Of a DNA stretch of 64,000 bases, positions 47,933 to 59,352 are shown piece by piece (positions within the stretch are counted from its first letter, which is position 1; the number at the start of each line of letters is the position of its first letter). Position numbers and translations under genes: made by a program. The notes below the pieces were generated by a model. That model ran no database searches, was not told the origin of the DNA, and saw only the letters and a list, made by a program, of their open reading frames with translations. The DNA is from Bdellovibrionota bacterium (GTDB taxonomy: Bacteria; Bdellovibrionota; UBA2428): assembly GCA_041750195.1 (NCBI GenBank), contig JBGSZX010000030.1, forward strand, positions 15,772 to 79,771. The letters run 5' to 3'.

Positions 47933-48790
47933 CTAGCTATTGTACTCGTAAACACCGCGACCAGATTTGCGCCCTAGCCAACCCGCTTCGACATATTGGC
48001 GAAGCAAAGGAGCGGGACGAAACTTTTCGCCATAGGATTCTTGTAAGACTCCCAATATGGATAGCGTTGTATCTAGGCCTATAAAATCGGCAAGTGTTAA
48101 AGGCCCCATCGGTTGATTGGTACCAAGTTTCATTCCTGCATCAATATCTTCTGCAGTTCCCAGCTCTTCACCCAAAGCCCAAAAAGCTTCGTTGATCATA
48201 GGCATTAACACCCGATTGATAATAAATCCTGCACGGTCCTTTGATAGAACGCAAGTTTTTCCCATTTTTTCGGCCGTTGCCCTAACAAGTTTTGAAACTT
48301 CCTTTGATGTTCCAAGACCCTCAATAATTTCAACAAGAGGCATAAGGGGAACGGGATTCATAAAGTGCATTCCCATAAAATTTTCGGGACGTTTGGTGCT
48401 TGCAGCAAGTCGAGTGATGCTGATGCTTGATGTGTTTGAGCAAAAAATGCAATCCTTTGGCAGCAATGAATCAAGCTCAAAAAATATTTTTGTTTTCAAA
48501 GCTTCATTTTCGGATACAGCTTCGATCATCATTTGCGGAGCAAAAGCCACAGCTGACTTTAAACTTTTATCATAAGAAATGCGTTCTAGAATTGTAGATG
48601 CTTCTTCTTTGATTTTACCTTTTTCATGTAGCTTGTTAAGGCTTTTGGAAATATTAGATTCGGCCCTAGCTAAAGCTTCTTCTTGAGAATCGATTAACAA
48701 AACTGCAAAATTACTTTGAGCCGCCACTTGTGCAATTCCGCATCCCATTTGACCGCCGCCCACAACAACAATTTTTTTAACTTCATTCAT
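47933..48790 (-). CDS. hbd: 3-hydroxybutyryl-CoA / 3-hydroxyacyl-CoA dehydrogenase
   Basis: VVGGGQMGCGIAQ NAD fold, SNTSS, HFMNPVP, and a C-terminal GRKSGRGVYEY. Confidence 0.85.
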   Translation of the reverse strand: MNEVKKIVVVGGGQMGCGIAQVAAQSNFAVLLIDSQEEALARAESNISKSLNKLHEKGKIKEEASTILERISYDKSLKSAVAFAPQMMIEAVSENEALKTKIFFELDSLLPKDCIFCSNTSSISITRLAASTKRPENFMGMHFMNPVPLMPLVEIIEGLGTSKEVSKLVRATAEKMGKTCVLSKDRAGFIINRVLMPMINEAFWALGEELGTAEDIDAGMKLGTNQPMGPLTLADFIGLDTTLSILGVLQESYGEKFRPAPLLRQYVEAGWLGRKSGRGVYEYNS

Positions 48791-48792
48791 AA

Positions 48793-49242
48793 CTACTGAC
48801 TTACTCCAGTAGAACCCATTCCACCAACGCCGCGTTCAGTATCACTTAAACTTGCGACTTCTTCGTGCTGAACTCGCAAGACTGGAGAAACCAACGCCTG
48901 ACAGATTCTATCGCCAGGCATAATCGTTAACGGGTCACGGGTATGAATGGTTACAATGGCCTTAATCTCTCCACGGTAATCAGCATCAATTGTGCCGATG
49001 CCATTCACCAAAGTAAATCCGTGTTTTGCGGCCAAGCCACTTCGGGCTCTGATCTGCATTTCATAGCCAGCTGGAATTTCCACAGCTAAACCCGTCGGAA
49101 TGAGAGTGACCTCACCAGGATGAATGACGATGGGAGCATCCATAGCCGCATGCATGTCAAAACAAGCGGCACCCAATGTTTGAATCTTTGGGATCTGTGC
49201 ATCAGAGCGCAATTTTTTCCATTTTATAGTTATTTCAGACAT
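48793..49242 (-). CDS. dut: dUTP diphosphatase
   Basis: GAACFDM, RSGLAAKHG, GTIDADYRGE, and a C-terminal ERGVGGMGSTG. The start is ambiguous (49242 or 49257). Either start overlaps the upstream peptidase gene. Confidence 0.85.
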   Translation of the reverse strand: MSEITIKWKKLRSDAQIPKIQTLGAACFDMHAAMDAPIVIHPGEVTLIPTGLAVEIPAGYEMQIRARSGLAAKHGFTLVNGIGTIDADYRGEIKAIVTIHTRDPLTIMPGDRICQALVSPVLRVQHEEVASLSDTERGVGGMGSTGVSQ

Positions 49243-50564
49243 AATGTTTTTCTCCATAACTTTTGAGTTTTAGATAAATCAGCTTTTCCCACGGGACCAA
49301 AAAGCAAAATACTCGGCTTGACAACTAAGTTTTTTGCCACCTTTTGCAGGGACTTATGCTGTATCTTGTCTAACTCTTTTAGTGTCTCACTCAATCCATA
49401 AACCTTGCCCATCAACATTTGTTGACGGCCCATCGCTTCCATGCGGGTGTGAATGCCATCAAAGGCCATTTTCGATGCCCCTTGTATGCTTTCACGCACA
49501 AATTTAACCTCTTCAGGATCAATTTTTGAACCAAGCCTTGCCACGCAATCAGCAGCAACTTGCACTGACTCATCTAAATATTTAAGACCACAACTCCATA
49601 CAATTTGAAACGCTCCGGAATCAGAAAAGCAAAGATCACTTGATGAGACATGATAAACAAGACCTCGCTCCTCTCTCATTTCTTTATACAACCAAGAACT
49701 CGACCCCTGCCCCAACATTGAAGCCAGTCCCGTATAAATAATTTGCTGAGGATGAACAGCCGAAAGTCCGGGGAAAGTGAGGGCTACCTGCACCTGCTCG
49801 GTATCATAGTTAATTGCCTTTGAACGCAAATAAAGCTCTTTGGGCAATTTTGCTGAACCGCCCGATCTTTTAATTTTTGAAACTTTAGACAAAGCACTTC
49901 CAGAAGAAAGTGACTCTGCTTTTTTGAGAGACTTTCGAACAATACTATCAACCTTAGAAACTTTTAGCGGAGTACAAACGCTTATCACCCAAGAAGACTT
50001 TAAATAATAATTTTCAATGAATGTTTTTATTTTATCAAAATTAAGTTTTTTGACCTGATGAGATGTTGCTCCAACTGGCAAGGAGAGAGGGTGACTCTTC
50101 CAAGGCACCTCAATTGATAAATCACCGAAGACATCATCTGGGCTATCTTCAAAACTAAGAAGCTCTTGAACAACAACGTCCAGCTCGCCTTGAAACTCTT
50201 TTTTAGTGAACTGAGTGTCTAAAAGCATTTCAAGAATAAGATCGAGCATTTCTTGAAACTGCTCAGTCGGGGAATCTGCATAGAAACAGGTTAGCTCCCG
50301 ATCTGTATACGCATTCAGTTCCCCACCCAAGCGTTCAGATATCTTTGAAATTTGATATGCCGTTTTATCTGATGTTCTTTTAAAAAACATATGCTCACAC
50401 AAATGAGCTGCTCCTAAAAATTCAGAACTCTCGTGTCTGCTACCAACATCACAAAAAAGTCCCACCGACGTTGAATACGCCGACGGGACTTCTTCCACAC
50501 ACAATGTGATTTTTGGGCTAAGTGAATAAATTTTTCGAATCCGATCACGCTTGATAGAATTCAT
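49230..50564 (-). CDS. M16-family (pitrilysin/insulinase-like) zinc peptidase
   Basis: GAAHLCEHMFFK (HxxEH inverted zinc motif) and downstream LNAYTDRE. This is the common position for such a gene, downstream of pnp. Confidence 0.8.
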   Translation of the reverse strand: MNSIKRDRIRKIYSLSPKITLCVEEVPSAYSTSVGLFCDVGSRHESSEFLGAAHLCEHMFFKRTSDKTAYQISKISERLGGELNAYTDRELTCFYADSPTEQFQEMLDLILEMLLDTQFTKKEFQGELDVVVQELLSFEDSPDDVFGDLSIEVPWKSHPLSLPVGATSHQVKKLNFDKIKTFIENYYLKSSWVISVCTPLKVSKVDSIVRKSLKKAESLSSGSALSKVSKIKRSGGSAKLPKELYLRSKAINYDTEQVQVALTFPGLSAVHPQQIIYTGLASMLGQGSSSWLYKEMREERGLVYHVSSSDLCFSDSGAFQIVWSCGLKYLDESVQVAADCVARLGSKIDPEEVKFVRESIQGASKMAFDGIHTRMEAMGRQQMLMGKVYGLSETLKELDKIQHKSLQKVAKNLVVKPSILLFGPVGKADLSKTQKLWRKTLCLK

Positions 50565-50614
50565 CGTCCTCTCTCACTTATCCCACTGAAAACCAATCGA
50601 TATCCAACAGAGAC

Positions 50615-52759
50615 TCATGTCGTCGGCTGCTGGCTAGCGTCGTTAGGAATAGCCGCTTTTCGGCTCAATCTAATTTTTCCAGAACGATCGACTTCCAAAA
50701 CTTTTACAGGAATCGTATCACCCTCTTGAACGACGTCAGTGACCTTGTTGACTCTCTGATGAGCAAGTTCGGAAATATGGCAAAGTCCATCTGTACCCGG
50801 TTTGATTTCAACAAAAGCACCGAAGTCCATAATGCGAACAACTTTTCCGTGATAAATTTTACCAACTTCAGCTTCTTCAGTAAGATCTTTAACCATTTGA
50901 AGGGCTTTTTCTGTCGCAACTGGATCTGATGATGCAATGTTGACCTTGCCGCTATCTTCAATATCAATTTTAACACCTGTAGCAGCAACAATACCTTTGA
51001 TATTTTTACCACCTGGGCCAATGAGATCTTTGATTTTATCTTGAGAGATCATCAAGGTGATGAATCTTGGAGCCCATTCAGAAACTTCAGATCGAGGTGT
51101 GCTAATAGCATTCGTCATTTCTTTTAGGATATGCAAACGACCTTCTTTTGCCTGTGCCAATGCTTTTTGCATCACTTCACGGCTAACACCTTTGATTTTG
51201 ATGTCCATCTGAACGGCAGTTAAACCTTTTGCAGTTCCACAAACTTTAAAGTCCATGTCGCCCATATGATCTTCATCACCTAAAATATCAGAAAGAACAG
51301 CGATCTTTTCGCCTTCTTGCATAAGGCCCATCGCAATTCCAGCAACAGGTGCTTTGATAGGCACACCTGCATCCATCATAGACATAGAACCGCCACAGAC
51401 AGTCGCCATGGAAGACGAACCGTTAGATTCGAGAACCTCACTCACTAAGCGAACGACGTATGGGAAATCTTCAATAGATGGAATGACCGATTCAAGTGCT
51501 CTATGAGCCAATGTTCCGTGACCAATCTCGCGACGAGAGTTTCCGCCGAAACGACCACATTCACCTACAGAATAAGGAGGGAAATTATAGTGAAGCAAAA
51601 AGCGTTTATCGAATTTACCCTTAACACTATCAATCAACTGTTGATCTTCGTTAGTGCCAAGAGTGGTGATTGCTAGAGCTTGAGTCTCACCACGAGTAAA
51701 CAGAGCTGATCCGTGGACACGATCAAGGAAACCAGCTTCAACTTCGATAGGACGAATCTGATTAAAATCGCGGCCGTCGATACGTTTGCCCGACTCCATA
51801 GTGATTCCACGAGCAACTTTTGACTTTAGACTTCCAAAAGCATCTGACGCCAGAGAAAGTTTTTGAGAAAGTTCATCACTTGGAAGTGAAGACCATTCGT
51901 TAGACAAAGTTTCTTTCAAAGCTTTTTTAGCCGCATCTATAGCAGAATAACGCTCACCTTTGATTCGCTTAGAGAAAGCGTCGCGAAGCGCAGCTTCAGA
52001 AATTCCTTTAACTTTCAATATAAGCGCATCGTCTGGAGTCGCAGGTTTTTCCCACTGACGTTTTTCTTTGCCACAAAGTTTACGGAGTTCTTCCTGAACA
52101 TCGATTAATTTTTGAAGTTCGGCATGGCCCCAATAAAGCGCCTCAAGAAAATCTTCTTCAGAAGCATCTTTGGCACCGCCTTCAACCATCATGATTGAAT
52201 CGCGACTACCTGAAACCAAAACATCAATGTCAGCTTTTTCCAAATCAGCCACTGGAGGATTGATTTTTAGTTCGCCATTGATTCGACCAACACGAACTGT
52301 CGCGATGGGAGTCGTAAATGGAATATCAGAAATATATAGTGCTGCAGAAGCTCCAAGACCCGTTATAGCTTCGCATTCATTAATTCCGTCATAGCCAAGC
52401 AAAGTTGTCACAACTTGAGTTGGATATTTATATCCTTCTGGAAACAAGGGCCGAAGAGGACGGTCAGTCATTCGAGCCATCAAAGTCGCCCAATCAGTGG
52501 GGCGCGCTTCTTTTTTAAAAAAGCCTCCTGGAATTCTTCCAGAAGCGTAAAATTTTTCTTGAAACTCTATCGTTAACGGAAAGAAATCCAAACCTACGGC
52601 GGGTTTGTAATCACTAACGGCCGTCACTAACGCACAGGTCTCGCCGTATTTGATAAATACAGATCCATGAGCCTGCTTTGCAAGTCTCCCTGTTTCGATT
52701 GTTAGTTTTCGCCCACCAATTTCTGTTTCGACAGTTACGGGTTTATTTAGAACTCCCAT
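50615..52759 (-). CDS. pnp: Polyribonucleotide nucleotidyltransferase (PNPase)
   Basis: Two RNase PH domains, a KH domain (GPGGKNIKGI) and an S1 domain (GKVVRIMDFGAFVE). The ATG at 52759 is preceded by GAGGAGAAAAA. Confidence 0.95.
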   Translation of the reverse strand: MGVLNKPVTVETEIGGRKLTIETGRLAKQAHGSVFIKYGETCALVTAVSDYKPAVGLDFFPLTIEFQEKFYASGRIPGGFFKKEARPTDWATLMARMTDRPLRPLFPEGYKYPTQVVTTLLGYDGINECEAITGLGASAALYISDIPFTTPIATVRVGRINGELKINPPVADLEKADIDVLVSGSRDSIMMVEGGAKDASEEDFLEALYWGHAELQKLIDVQEELRKLCGKEKRQWEKPATPDDALILKVKGISEAALRDAFSKRIKGERYSAIDAAKKALKETLSNEWSSLPSDELSQKLSLASDAFGSLKSKVARGITMESGKRIDGRDFNQIRPIEVEAGFLDRVHGSALFTRGETQALAITTLGTNEDQQLIDSVKGKFDKRFLLHYNFPPYSVGECGRFGGNSRREIGHGTLAHRALESVIPSIEDFPYVVRLVSEVLESNGSSSMATVCGGSMSMMDAGVPIKAPVAGIAMGLMQEGEKIAVLSDILGDEDHMGDMDFKVCGTAKGLTAVQMDIKIKGVSREVMQKALAQAKEGRLHILKEMTNAISTPRSEVSEWAPRFITLMISQDKIKDLIGPGGKNIKGIVAATGVKIDIEDSGKVNIASSDPVATEKALQMVKDLTEEAEVGKIYHGKVVRIMDFGAFVEIKPGTDGLCHISELAHQRVNKVTDVVQEGDTIPVKVLEVDRSGKIRLSRKAAIPNDASQQPTT

Positions 52760-53030
52760 TTTTTCTCCTCTGGTAATACTTCTCAAAATAATACTTATAA
52801 CTATTTTTCACTTATAAATAAATTTCAAGGTCTTTACCTATTTGTTCTTCCCTAATTTATTTCCAGGGAGAACATTTGTGCAAATTCAATGCACGACACA
52901 GCAATAAATAGTCGGATGCATGCGCACCAAACTATTTTCAGTTTTACCAATGAACAAACATAAATTCTCTATTCCTAAATAAGAATAAGAAATCTTATGG
53001 TTGAGCAAAGAACGAACTAAATAATTTATA

Positions 53031-53303
53031 TTATTTACGACGTATTCCTAGATCAGAAACAACTTTGTTGTATCTTTCAACAGACTTAGCTTTTAAGTAG
53101 GTCAACAAGCTCTTACGACGACCAACCATCTGCAAAAGACCACGACGTGTGTGGAAGTCTTTTTTATGAATCTTAAGATGCTCTGTAAGGTTTTTAATCC
53201 TTGTGGAAAGTATGGCAACTTGAACTTCCGGAGATCCTGTATCGCTATCGGCTTGACGAAACTTTTCGATCACGCCTTTTTTTTCTTCAACTGTAATAGA
53301 CAT
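53031..53303 (-). CDS. rpsO: 30S ribosomal protein S15
   Basis: 90-aa protein [15 protein letters not shown]...[31 protein letters not shown]. The track ORF extends further upstream, but that extension overlaps truB. Confidence 0.95.
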   Translation of the reverse strand: MSITVEEKKGVIEKFRQADSDTGSPEVQVAILSTRIKNLTEHLKIHKKDFHTRRGLLQMVGRRKSLLTYLKAKSVERYNKVVSDLGIRRK

Positions 53304-53371
53304 TTTACTCTTCTTTTCTCCTATTATTTGTATGGTGGAAATAGCGTTTTTATTCCGCGATTTCAATGAAT

Positions 53372-54289
53372 TTAAAGGGGATTTTTCTTGAAAACGCGAC
53401 CTATCTTCCCGGTCGAAGCATGGGCCCATGCAACAAGGCCCATATTTTCCGGCCCCATCAGCAACAATGGCCTCGGATGAGGCCTGGGCTTCCACTGGCC
53501 GAAGTCTCTCAATCTTGTGGCCTCTGACGAAGTTAAATAGTGAATATCAAAGATTTTTTTTAATTCTTCTGTGCCTAGAATTTGAAATTTTTGATCGTCA
53601 GAAGTCGGAGCATCACCTCCATATGGACCCACCCAAGTTCTACGAAGGCGAGTCAAATGACCCGGGAAATGGCAAAGCTCTGTCCCCCAATCTTGGGCCA
53701 AAACCCTGATATAGGTCCCCGAACTGACATGCACTCTGACATCCCACGCCATACTTGAATCTGACAATTTCTTAAGGCCCAAGTGTTGCGCCTCAAATAT
53801 TGTAACCGTTTTTGATTTTAGCTCTGGAACCTTACCCTCGAACCTGGCCAAATTATATGCTCGTTCTCCATTGATTTTTACTGCGCTAAATTTTGGAGGA
53901 GTCTGATTGATCTCAAGATTTTTAAAAAATTTAAGATGTTCAATTAGCTCAGCTTCTAAAATCTCAACAGGTCGATTCATCCATAGCATCATGGCATCTT
54001 TAACAGCACCTTCAGGAAAAATAGGTTCAGAGGTGTTGTCTAAAGTATCTGTCGTTGCACCAAGAAAAATTGTTGCCTCATAAACTTTATCTAAGGCACT
54101 AAGTGGACTTAGCAATTTTGTAGCTTCTTCAGTTCCGACCAGCAACCAACCTTCAGCAAATGGATCTAAAATTCCGGTGTGACCTATACCCTCGCGAGAG
54201 CGCCCAGGCAAACCTAACTCATTTTTTAGAAAGCCAAGAGCCTCTTGCGAACCAAGGCCGACAGGCTTCCACAGCATTCCTAAAGACAT
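53372..54289 (-). CDS. truB: tRNA pseudouridine(55) synthase TruB
   Basis: [21 protein letters not shown] (catalytic Asp motif), and its position between infB and rpsO. Confidence 0.9.
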   Translation of the reverse strand: MSLGMLWKPVGLGSQEALGFLKNELGLPGRSREGIGHTGILDPFAEGWLLVGTEEATKLLSPLSALDKVYEATIFLGATTDTLDNTSEPIFPEGAVKDAMMLWMNRPVEILEAELIEHLKFFKNLEINQTPPKFSAVKINGERAYNLARFEGKVPELKSKTVTIFEAQHLGLKKLSDSSMAWDVRVHVSSGTYIRVLAQDWGTELCHFPGHLTRLRRTWVGPYGGDAPTSDDQKFQILGTEELKKIFDIHYLTSSEATRLRDFGQWKPRPHPRPLLLMGPENMGLVAWAHASTGKIGRVFKKNPL

Positions 54290-54307
54290 TTTATTCCAAC
54301 CCTCTAT

Positions 54308-57300
54308 TTACTGAGGAGAAGCTTCTTTGGGGTCTGAATTATGAGAAAATTCTCCATCCAAGTTTGGATAGATCTTTTCTTCAATATAACTTTCGATGAC
54401 ATCTCCAACTTTAATATCGTTGAAGTTTTCAATCGAAATACCACACTCAAAACCAGTCGCAACTTCCTTAGCATCATCTTTGAATCGTCGAAGTCCTGAA
54501 AAAGACCCAGAGTAAACAACACGACTATCTCGAACAACACGAGCAAAATCAGAGCGCTTAATCTTACCGGTCAAAACCATACAACCTGCAACAGCTCCCG
54601 TTTTTGAGACGGAGAATACTTGTCTAACTTCTGCAGTACCTTGAACAACATCTTTGATTGTCGGTTCAAGAAGCCCCTTCATGGCGTTAGCGACTTCATC
54701 AATCAATTGATAAATAATAGTATAGGTCTTGATAGGAATACCTGTTCGCTCAGACGCCGCCAGTGCCGGTGCATCTGGTCGCACGTTGAAACCCATCACA
54801 ACAGCTTTAGAGGCACTTGCGAGCAAAATATCACTCTCAGAAATGCCACCGACACCTGCACTCAGTACTTTCAATTTTACTTTATTTTGAGGAAGCTTAT
54901 CCAAGGAACCTTGAATAGCTTCAGCCGAACCGCGAGCATCTGCCTTTAGAACGATAGGAAGTTCTTTAAGATCTCCCAACGCCATCAACGCAAAGACATC
55001 TTCTACTGAATTAATTTGAGGACCATTTTCATGTTTCTTACGAGATTCAATTCGCATATCAGTGAGCTCACGAGCTGCACGTTCGTCTTTAACAACGTTC
55101 AATTCATCACCAGCAGCTGGAACTCCAGCTAAACCCATGATCTCAACAGGTGTTGAAGGTCCTGCCTCGGGAGTGTTTTTTCCCTTATCATCAATCAATG
55201 CACGAACTTTTCCGTAGTATTCCCCTGCGGCAATATAGTCGCCTACTTTGATTTTTCCGTTCTGAACAAGAACAGTTGCCAAAGGACCACGATTTTTATC
55301 TAATTTAGCTTCAATAATGATTCCATCTCCAGGACCATTATCTCGAGCTTTCAACTCAAGTAGCTCCGCCTGCAATTGAATCATTTCTAGCAACTTATCA
55401 ACGCCTTCACCGGTTTTCGCGGATACAGGAACAAAGATTGTATCTCCGCCCCAAGCTTCATCAATCACTCCAAGTTCGGAAAGCTGTTGTCTAAGTTTAT
55501 CAGGATTCGCATCAGGCAAATCCATTTTGTTCATCGCTACAATAATGGGAACACCTGCTGCTTTTGAATGATCAATAGCTTCTCGCGTCTGAGGCATCAC
55601 ACCCTCAGAAGCAGCAACAACTAAAATCACAATATCAGTACATTTTGCTCCCCTAGAACGGATCGCAGAAAAAGCCGCGTGGCCAGGAGTATCCAAGAAA
55701 CATAGACGCTGAGTAGACGCTTTTGTCTCCTTAGCTTTCGCCTTAGGTTTTGCGCCTTTCTTTTTATCTTCTTTGCTAGCTTTTTTAGCAGCTTTTTTAG
55801 CATCAGCGCCATCACCAGCCGTTACCAAAGCAAGGTTTCCAATGGCCTCATCCACATTTACCGTATAGGCACCAATATGCTGAGTGATTCCACCGGCTTC
55901 GCCGGATGCTACACGCGATCGACGAATGAGGTCTAACAATGATGTTTTTCCATGGTCAACGTGTCCCATAATCGTAATCACGGGACTTCTAGGGTCTACG
56001 CCTTTTTCTGAAACTTGCTCACGAGCACCCAAAAGATTTGATTCTTTAGGGGTGACGTCTCTCACTTCAAATTCATATTCAGAAGCGAGAATTTGCGCAC
56101 TTTCCAAATCCAAAAACCAATCGCGAACGCCTTCGGCTTCTTCTGGAATTTCAAGCCCAAGCTTCACAAGTTTACGAGCAACTTCTTTGGACTTAATTGA
56201 CAATTGAGATGCCATATTTTCAACAGAAATCGATTTATTAAATTCCACATAACGCTTTCGGGCAGAAGGCGTCGTAAGGGGCGTCTTGCTCATACTTGAA
56301 CGACCAATGAGCAACTTCTTTTTTCTAGGATTATAAATACGTTCACGTCTTAGAAAATCTGTAGATTTAAAAGCTCCAGCCTGAGCAGCTCCTGCGCGAC
56401 TTCTCGCCGACAGAGCACCCTTCTTTTTCTTTATGCCGTCATCTTTTTCAATTTCTTTTAAAAGAGCCTCTTGAGTCGGGCCCTTTGAGGCTTCATTTGG
56501 TTTTTGACTTCTGGCCAAGTTCTTTGCGATATCTGCCCTATTGACTTGAATATCACTAACAATCAAAGGCCTATCTCGAGTTGCTGTTGTTGGCTGAACG
56601 ACTCGAATCACACTATAACGTGACCGATCAGCCGTTCGAGGCGCCAAATCTAATGCTGGAGCTGGTGCCACAGCTTCTTCTTCAGGAATTTCAAAATCAT
56701 CGTCATCACCCTTTCGAATGCTGAACATTTCTTCTGTAAACTCCGAAGCCAGCTCGGATGTCATATCATCATCCTTCGCAAGAAGAGGATCAAGCTCATC
56801 TTCTGTTGGCGCACGTTTTGAAGGATCAGTTATAGGAGATCTGTGTTCGGAAGAAACATCAGCGCCATCAACTTCTACAGCAAGATTCAATTGCGAATTA
56901 TCACTTGAATCTGCCACCTCGACAGATTGAGTCGCTGATATTTCATCAACCTCTAGCTCATTATCAGCTTCGGTTCCTGTAGATTTTGAGGGAGAATCTC
57001 GACGAACGATGACTTTTCTTCGAACAATTGTAGATGCGGCTGCTTCCACCGATTTTTTCGTCTCATCTGGCTCAGCTGCTGCGGCTGCTTTTTTGCGAAC
57101 AACCGTTTTTTTGCGAGCCGTTGTTTTTTTCTCAGTCTTTTTTGTAACTTTCTTTTTACGAACAGTCTTCTTCTTTGCAGGTGGGGCATCTTCAGCGGAT
57201 GCTTTGGCAAGGAATTCCTTGATTTCATCCACCTCTACATCAGTCAATGACGCCATATGATTTTTCACAGCCAATTTCATTGGCTTAATCTTTTCAATCA

Positions 57301-57349
57301 GTTCTAGTGCTTTAATATCGAGTTCTTTTGCAAGTTCGTAAACTTTCAT
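54308..57349 (-). CDS. infB: Translation initiation factor IF-2
   Basis: [30 protein letters not shown], and conserved C-terminal domains. The N-terminus is K/A/E-rich. It contains an unusual Lys-rich insertion in the G domain (see findings). Confidence 0.95.
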   Translation of the reverse strand: MKVYELAKELDIKALELIEKIKPMKLAVKNHMASLTDVEVDEIKEFLAKASAEDAPPAKKKTVRKKKVTKKTEKKTTARKKTVVRKKAAAAAEPDETKKSVEAAASTIVRRKVIVRRDSPSKSTGTEADNELEVDEISATQSVEVADSSDNSQLNLAVEVDGADVSSEHRSPITDPSKRAPTEDELDPLLAKDDDMTSELASEFTEEMFSIRKGDDDDFEIPEEEAVAPAPALDLAPRTADRSRYSVIRVVQPTTATRDRPLIVSDIQVNRADIAKNLARSQKPNEASKGPTQEALLKEIEKDDGIKKKKGALSARSRAGAAQAGAFKSTDFLRRERIYNPRKKKLLIGRSSMSKTPLTTPSARKRYVEFNKSISVENMASQLSIKSKEVARKLVKLGLEIPEEAEGVRDWFLDLESAQILASEYEFEVRDVTPKESNLLGAREQVSEKGVDPRSPVITIMGHVDHGKTSLLDLIRRSRVASGEAGGITQHIGAYTVNVDEAIGNLALVTAGDGADAKKAAKKASKEDKKKGAKPKAKAKETKASTQRLCFLDTPGHAAFSAIRSRGAKCTDIVILVVAASEGVMPQTREAIDHSKAAGVPIIVAMNKMDLPDANPDKLRQQLSELGVIDEAWGGDTIFVPVSAKTGEGVDKLLEMIQLQAELLELKARDNGPGDGIIIEAKLDKNRGPLATVLVQNGKIKVGDYIAAGEYYGKVRALIDDKGKNTPEAGPSTPVEIMGLAGVPAAGDELNVVKDERAARELTDMRIESRKKHENGPQINSVEDVFALMALGDLKELPIVLKADARGSAEAIQGSLDKLPQNKVKLKVLSAGVGGISESDILLASASKAVVMGFNVRPDAPALAASERTGIPIKTYTIIYQLIDEVANAMKGLLEPTIKDVVQGTAEVRQVFSVSKTGAVAGCMVLTGKIKRSDFARVVRDSRVVYSGSFSGLRRFKDDAKEVATGFECGISIENFNDIKVGDVIESYIEEKIYPNLDGEFSHNSDPKEASPQ

Positions 57350-57399
57350 ATGTCCATCAACCTCTATGTTTTCCGTACGGCGCCAAAGCTAAGACTCAA

Positions 57400-58794
57400 T
57401 TAAGACTCTTTGCTTTTCTCCATCGCAGCTACTTCAGCCCTAAGTTTCGCTTCGATCGGATTCATATCAGAAGCTCCTTTAGAATCAGCCGCGCCACCAG
57501 CATCTCCAGATTTCAAAGCTTCAGCTTTTGCTTTCTGCTCTTCAATAAATTTATCGTATTCGCCACTTTCAATGAATTGCTTAGCATTTTCTACTAACTT
57601 GTTTGCCCGAGCCTCATCAAAACCAGGAACTTCCGCAACAAAAGAAGGTGCCATATTCGCCACATCTCTTACGGTATTAAAACCATTTTGGTACAAAGAA
57701 ACTGCAAGAGTGTCTGTGACATCTGGAAGCAGCATCATTTGCATTTTAGCGTTTGCAGCTTTTCTAGCCATATCGGATTCTGAAGTGATATCCAGTTTCC
57801 AACCAGTCAACTGACTCGCCAATCGCACATTCTGTCCACGCTTACCGATTGCAATCGAAAGATGAGCGTCGTCAACAACGGTCTCGATGGACTTGTCTTC
57901 GTCATCAATAATAACTTTTTGGATTTCAGCAGGAGCCAACGCATTACAGACAAATCTAGTTATATCCTCGTCCCAAGGAACAATATCAATGCGCTCGCCT
58001 TTGAGCTCTTGAACAATGTTCTGAACACGACTGCCACGAACACCGACACAGGCGCCCACGGGATCCACATCTGGATCTCGTGAAAACACTGCGATTTTTG
58101 CACGAATTCCTGGTTCGCGAGCGGCTCCCTTGATCACAACAAGCCCCTCTCGAATTTCTGGAACTTCATTTGTGAATAATGTTATTAAATACTCAGGACA
58201 GGCACGAGATAAAATAATTCGCGGCCCCTTGGGAGTCACCTGAACGTCGTTCAAATAACATTGAATGCGATCTCCTGGATTATAAAGCTCACCTGGAATC
58301 TGATCTCGAGTCGGCATGTAAGCCTCAGTTCGACCTAGGTCAATCACCACGGCGCCACGGTCAACACGACGAATGAGGCCCGTTATAACCTCGCCTTTTC
58401 TGTGTTGAAATTCGTTAAAAATAATTTCACGCTCAGCATCGCGGAGTTTTTGAACAATGACTTGCTTAGCTGTTTGAGCTGCAATCCTAGATAAAACCGT
58501 AGTATCAAGTTTGATACCAATACTGTCTCCCACACCTACTTCAGGATCATAAGTATGCGCTTCACTGAGAGATATTTGTTTTTCTTTGTCTTCAACAGAA
58601 TCAACAACGTCCATGAACTGATAAAGATCAACTTCTCCGGTGTCTTCGTTGAAACGAGCCTCAATATCGCGAGTTAACCCGTACTTGCGTTTTGCAACAG
58701 TCATCAATGCCTCTTCAACAGCACTCACTATAATTGTTCGATCAATCCCTTTGTCTTTTCCAACTTGCTCAAGAACTTTGCTTAGCTCATTCAT
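57400..58794 (-). CDS. nusA: Transcription termination/antitermination factor NusA
   Basis: NTD, S1 (GEVITGLIRRVDRGAVVIDLG), KH1/KH2 (GACVGVRGSRVQ, IGKRGQNVRLA), and a C-terminal HhH-like region. I prefer the ATG at 58794. Confidence 0.95.
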   Translation of the reverse strand: MNELSKVLEQVGKDKGIDRTIIVSAVEEALMTVAKRKYGLTRDIEARFNEDTGEVDLYQFMDVVDSVEDKEKQISLSEAHTYDPEVGVGDSIGIKLDTTVLSRIAAQTAKQVIVQKLRDAEREIIFNEFQHRKGEVITGLIRRVDRGAVVIDLGRTEAYMPTRDQIPGELYNPGDRIQCYLNDVQVTPKGPRIILSRACPEYLITLFTNEVPEIREGLVVIKGAAREPGIRAKIAVFSRDPDVDPVGACVGVRGSRVQNIVQELKGERIDIVPWDEDITRFVCNALAPAEIQKVIIDDEDKSIETVVDDAHLSIAIGKRGQNVRLASQLTGWKLDITSESDMARKAANAKMQMMLLPDVTDTLAVSLYQNGFNTVRDVANMAPSFVAEVPGFDEARANKLVENAKQFIESGEYDKFIEEQKAKAEALKSGDAGGAADSKGASDMNPIEAKLRAEVAAMEKSKES

Positions 58795-58822
58795 ATAAAT
58801 TCCCTTTCTCAAAACTCCAGTA

Positions 58823-59335
58823 TTAAGGAGTCCACACTCTCAACCACATTGCGTTTTTAATCGTTCCCATAGGAATTGAATGTTCAACTCCTTCTTTATC
58901 TTTGATCAATATCGAGCCTTCATCTTCAACCTTTAGCAATCTACCTTCCCAATTTTTTCTTGGTTTTGCGGGCTCAGGCATTTTGATGGGCTCCAAAGTT
59001 TGGAATTTAATATTTTCGCCTAGAGCTTCCCGAAAATGATCCAAAATTCGAAGACGAGGTTTTTCTCCAGGACTGCTAACCTCTAAAGTATAAGCCTCTG
59101 GCAATGGATCCCACACATCAAACATGGGACCTAAAACTCTGTGAACATTGGCACAATCATCAATCGAAATTCCGTCTTTGTTCTCGGGAGATTTATCGAT
59201 TGTAACCCTAACCGTTGAACTTTTTCCGGACAGGACCTCTACATCGCGGCACAAAAAACCCAGGTTACTTAACACAGGCTCTATATTTGCTAATAGTTCC
59301 TGCTCTTTTTTGTTTTTGTAAACGGCCAATATCAC
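58823..59335 (-). CDS. rimP: Ribosome maturation factor RimP
   Basis: About 170 aa. LEVSSPGEKPRL (the SPG motif of RimP). It lies directly upstream of nusA. GTG start. Confidence 0.8.
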   Translation of the reverse strand: MILAVYKNKKEQELLANIEPVLSNLGFLCRDVEVLSGKSSTVRVTIDKSPENKDGISIDDCANVHRVLGPMFDVWDPLPEAYTLEVSSPGEKPRLRILDHFREALGENIKFQTLEPIKMPEPAKPRKNWEGRLLKVEDEGSILIKDKEGVEHSIPMGTIKNAMWLRVWTP

Positions 59336-59352
59336 TCTTTTATATTCCTAAT

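Noticed and set aside
48117-48575. 152-aa plus-strand ORF opposite hbd, and similar antisense ORFs opposite nusA (57410-57814), plsC (33137-33596) and infB (55884-56207, 57009-57260)
   Set aside because: All lie fully inside well-supported conserved genes on the other strand or in another frame.
52760-53030. rpsO-pnp intergenic region, expected to hold an rpsO terminator and an RNase III-processed pnp leader hairpin
   Set aside because: I could find only short or imperfect stems (gtgca/tgcac, and ttctccct/agggaagaa with a bulge). Nothing is convincing enough to annotate without folding software.
53304-53495. N-terminal extension of the rpsO ORF, giving 154 aa in the track
   Set aside because: The conserved S15 protein begins at MSITVEEKK (ATG at 53303). 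The extension overlaps the 3' end of truB and has no S15-like sequence.
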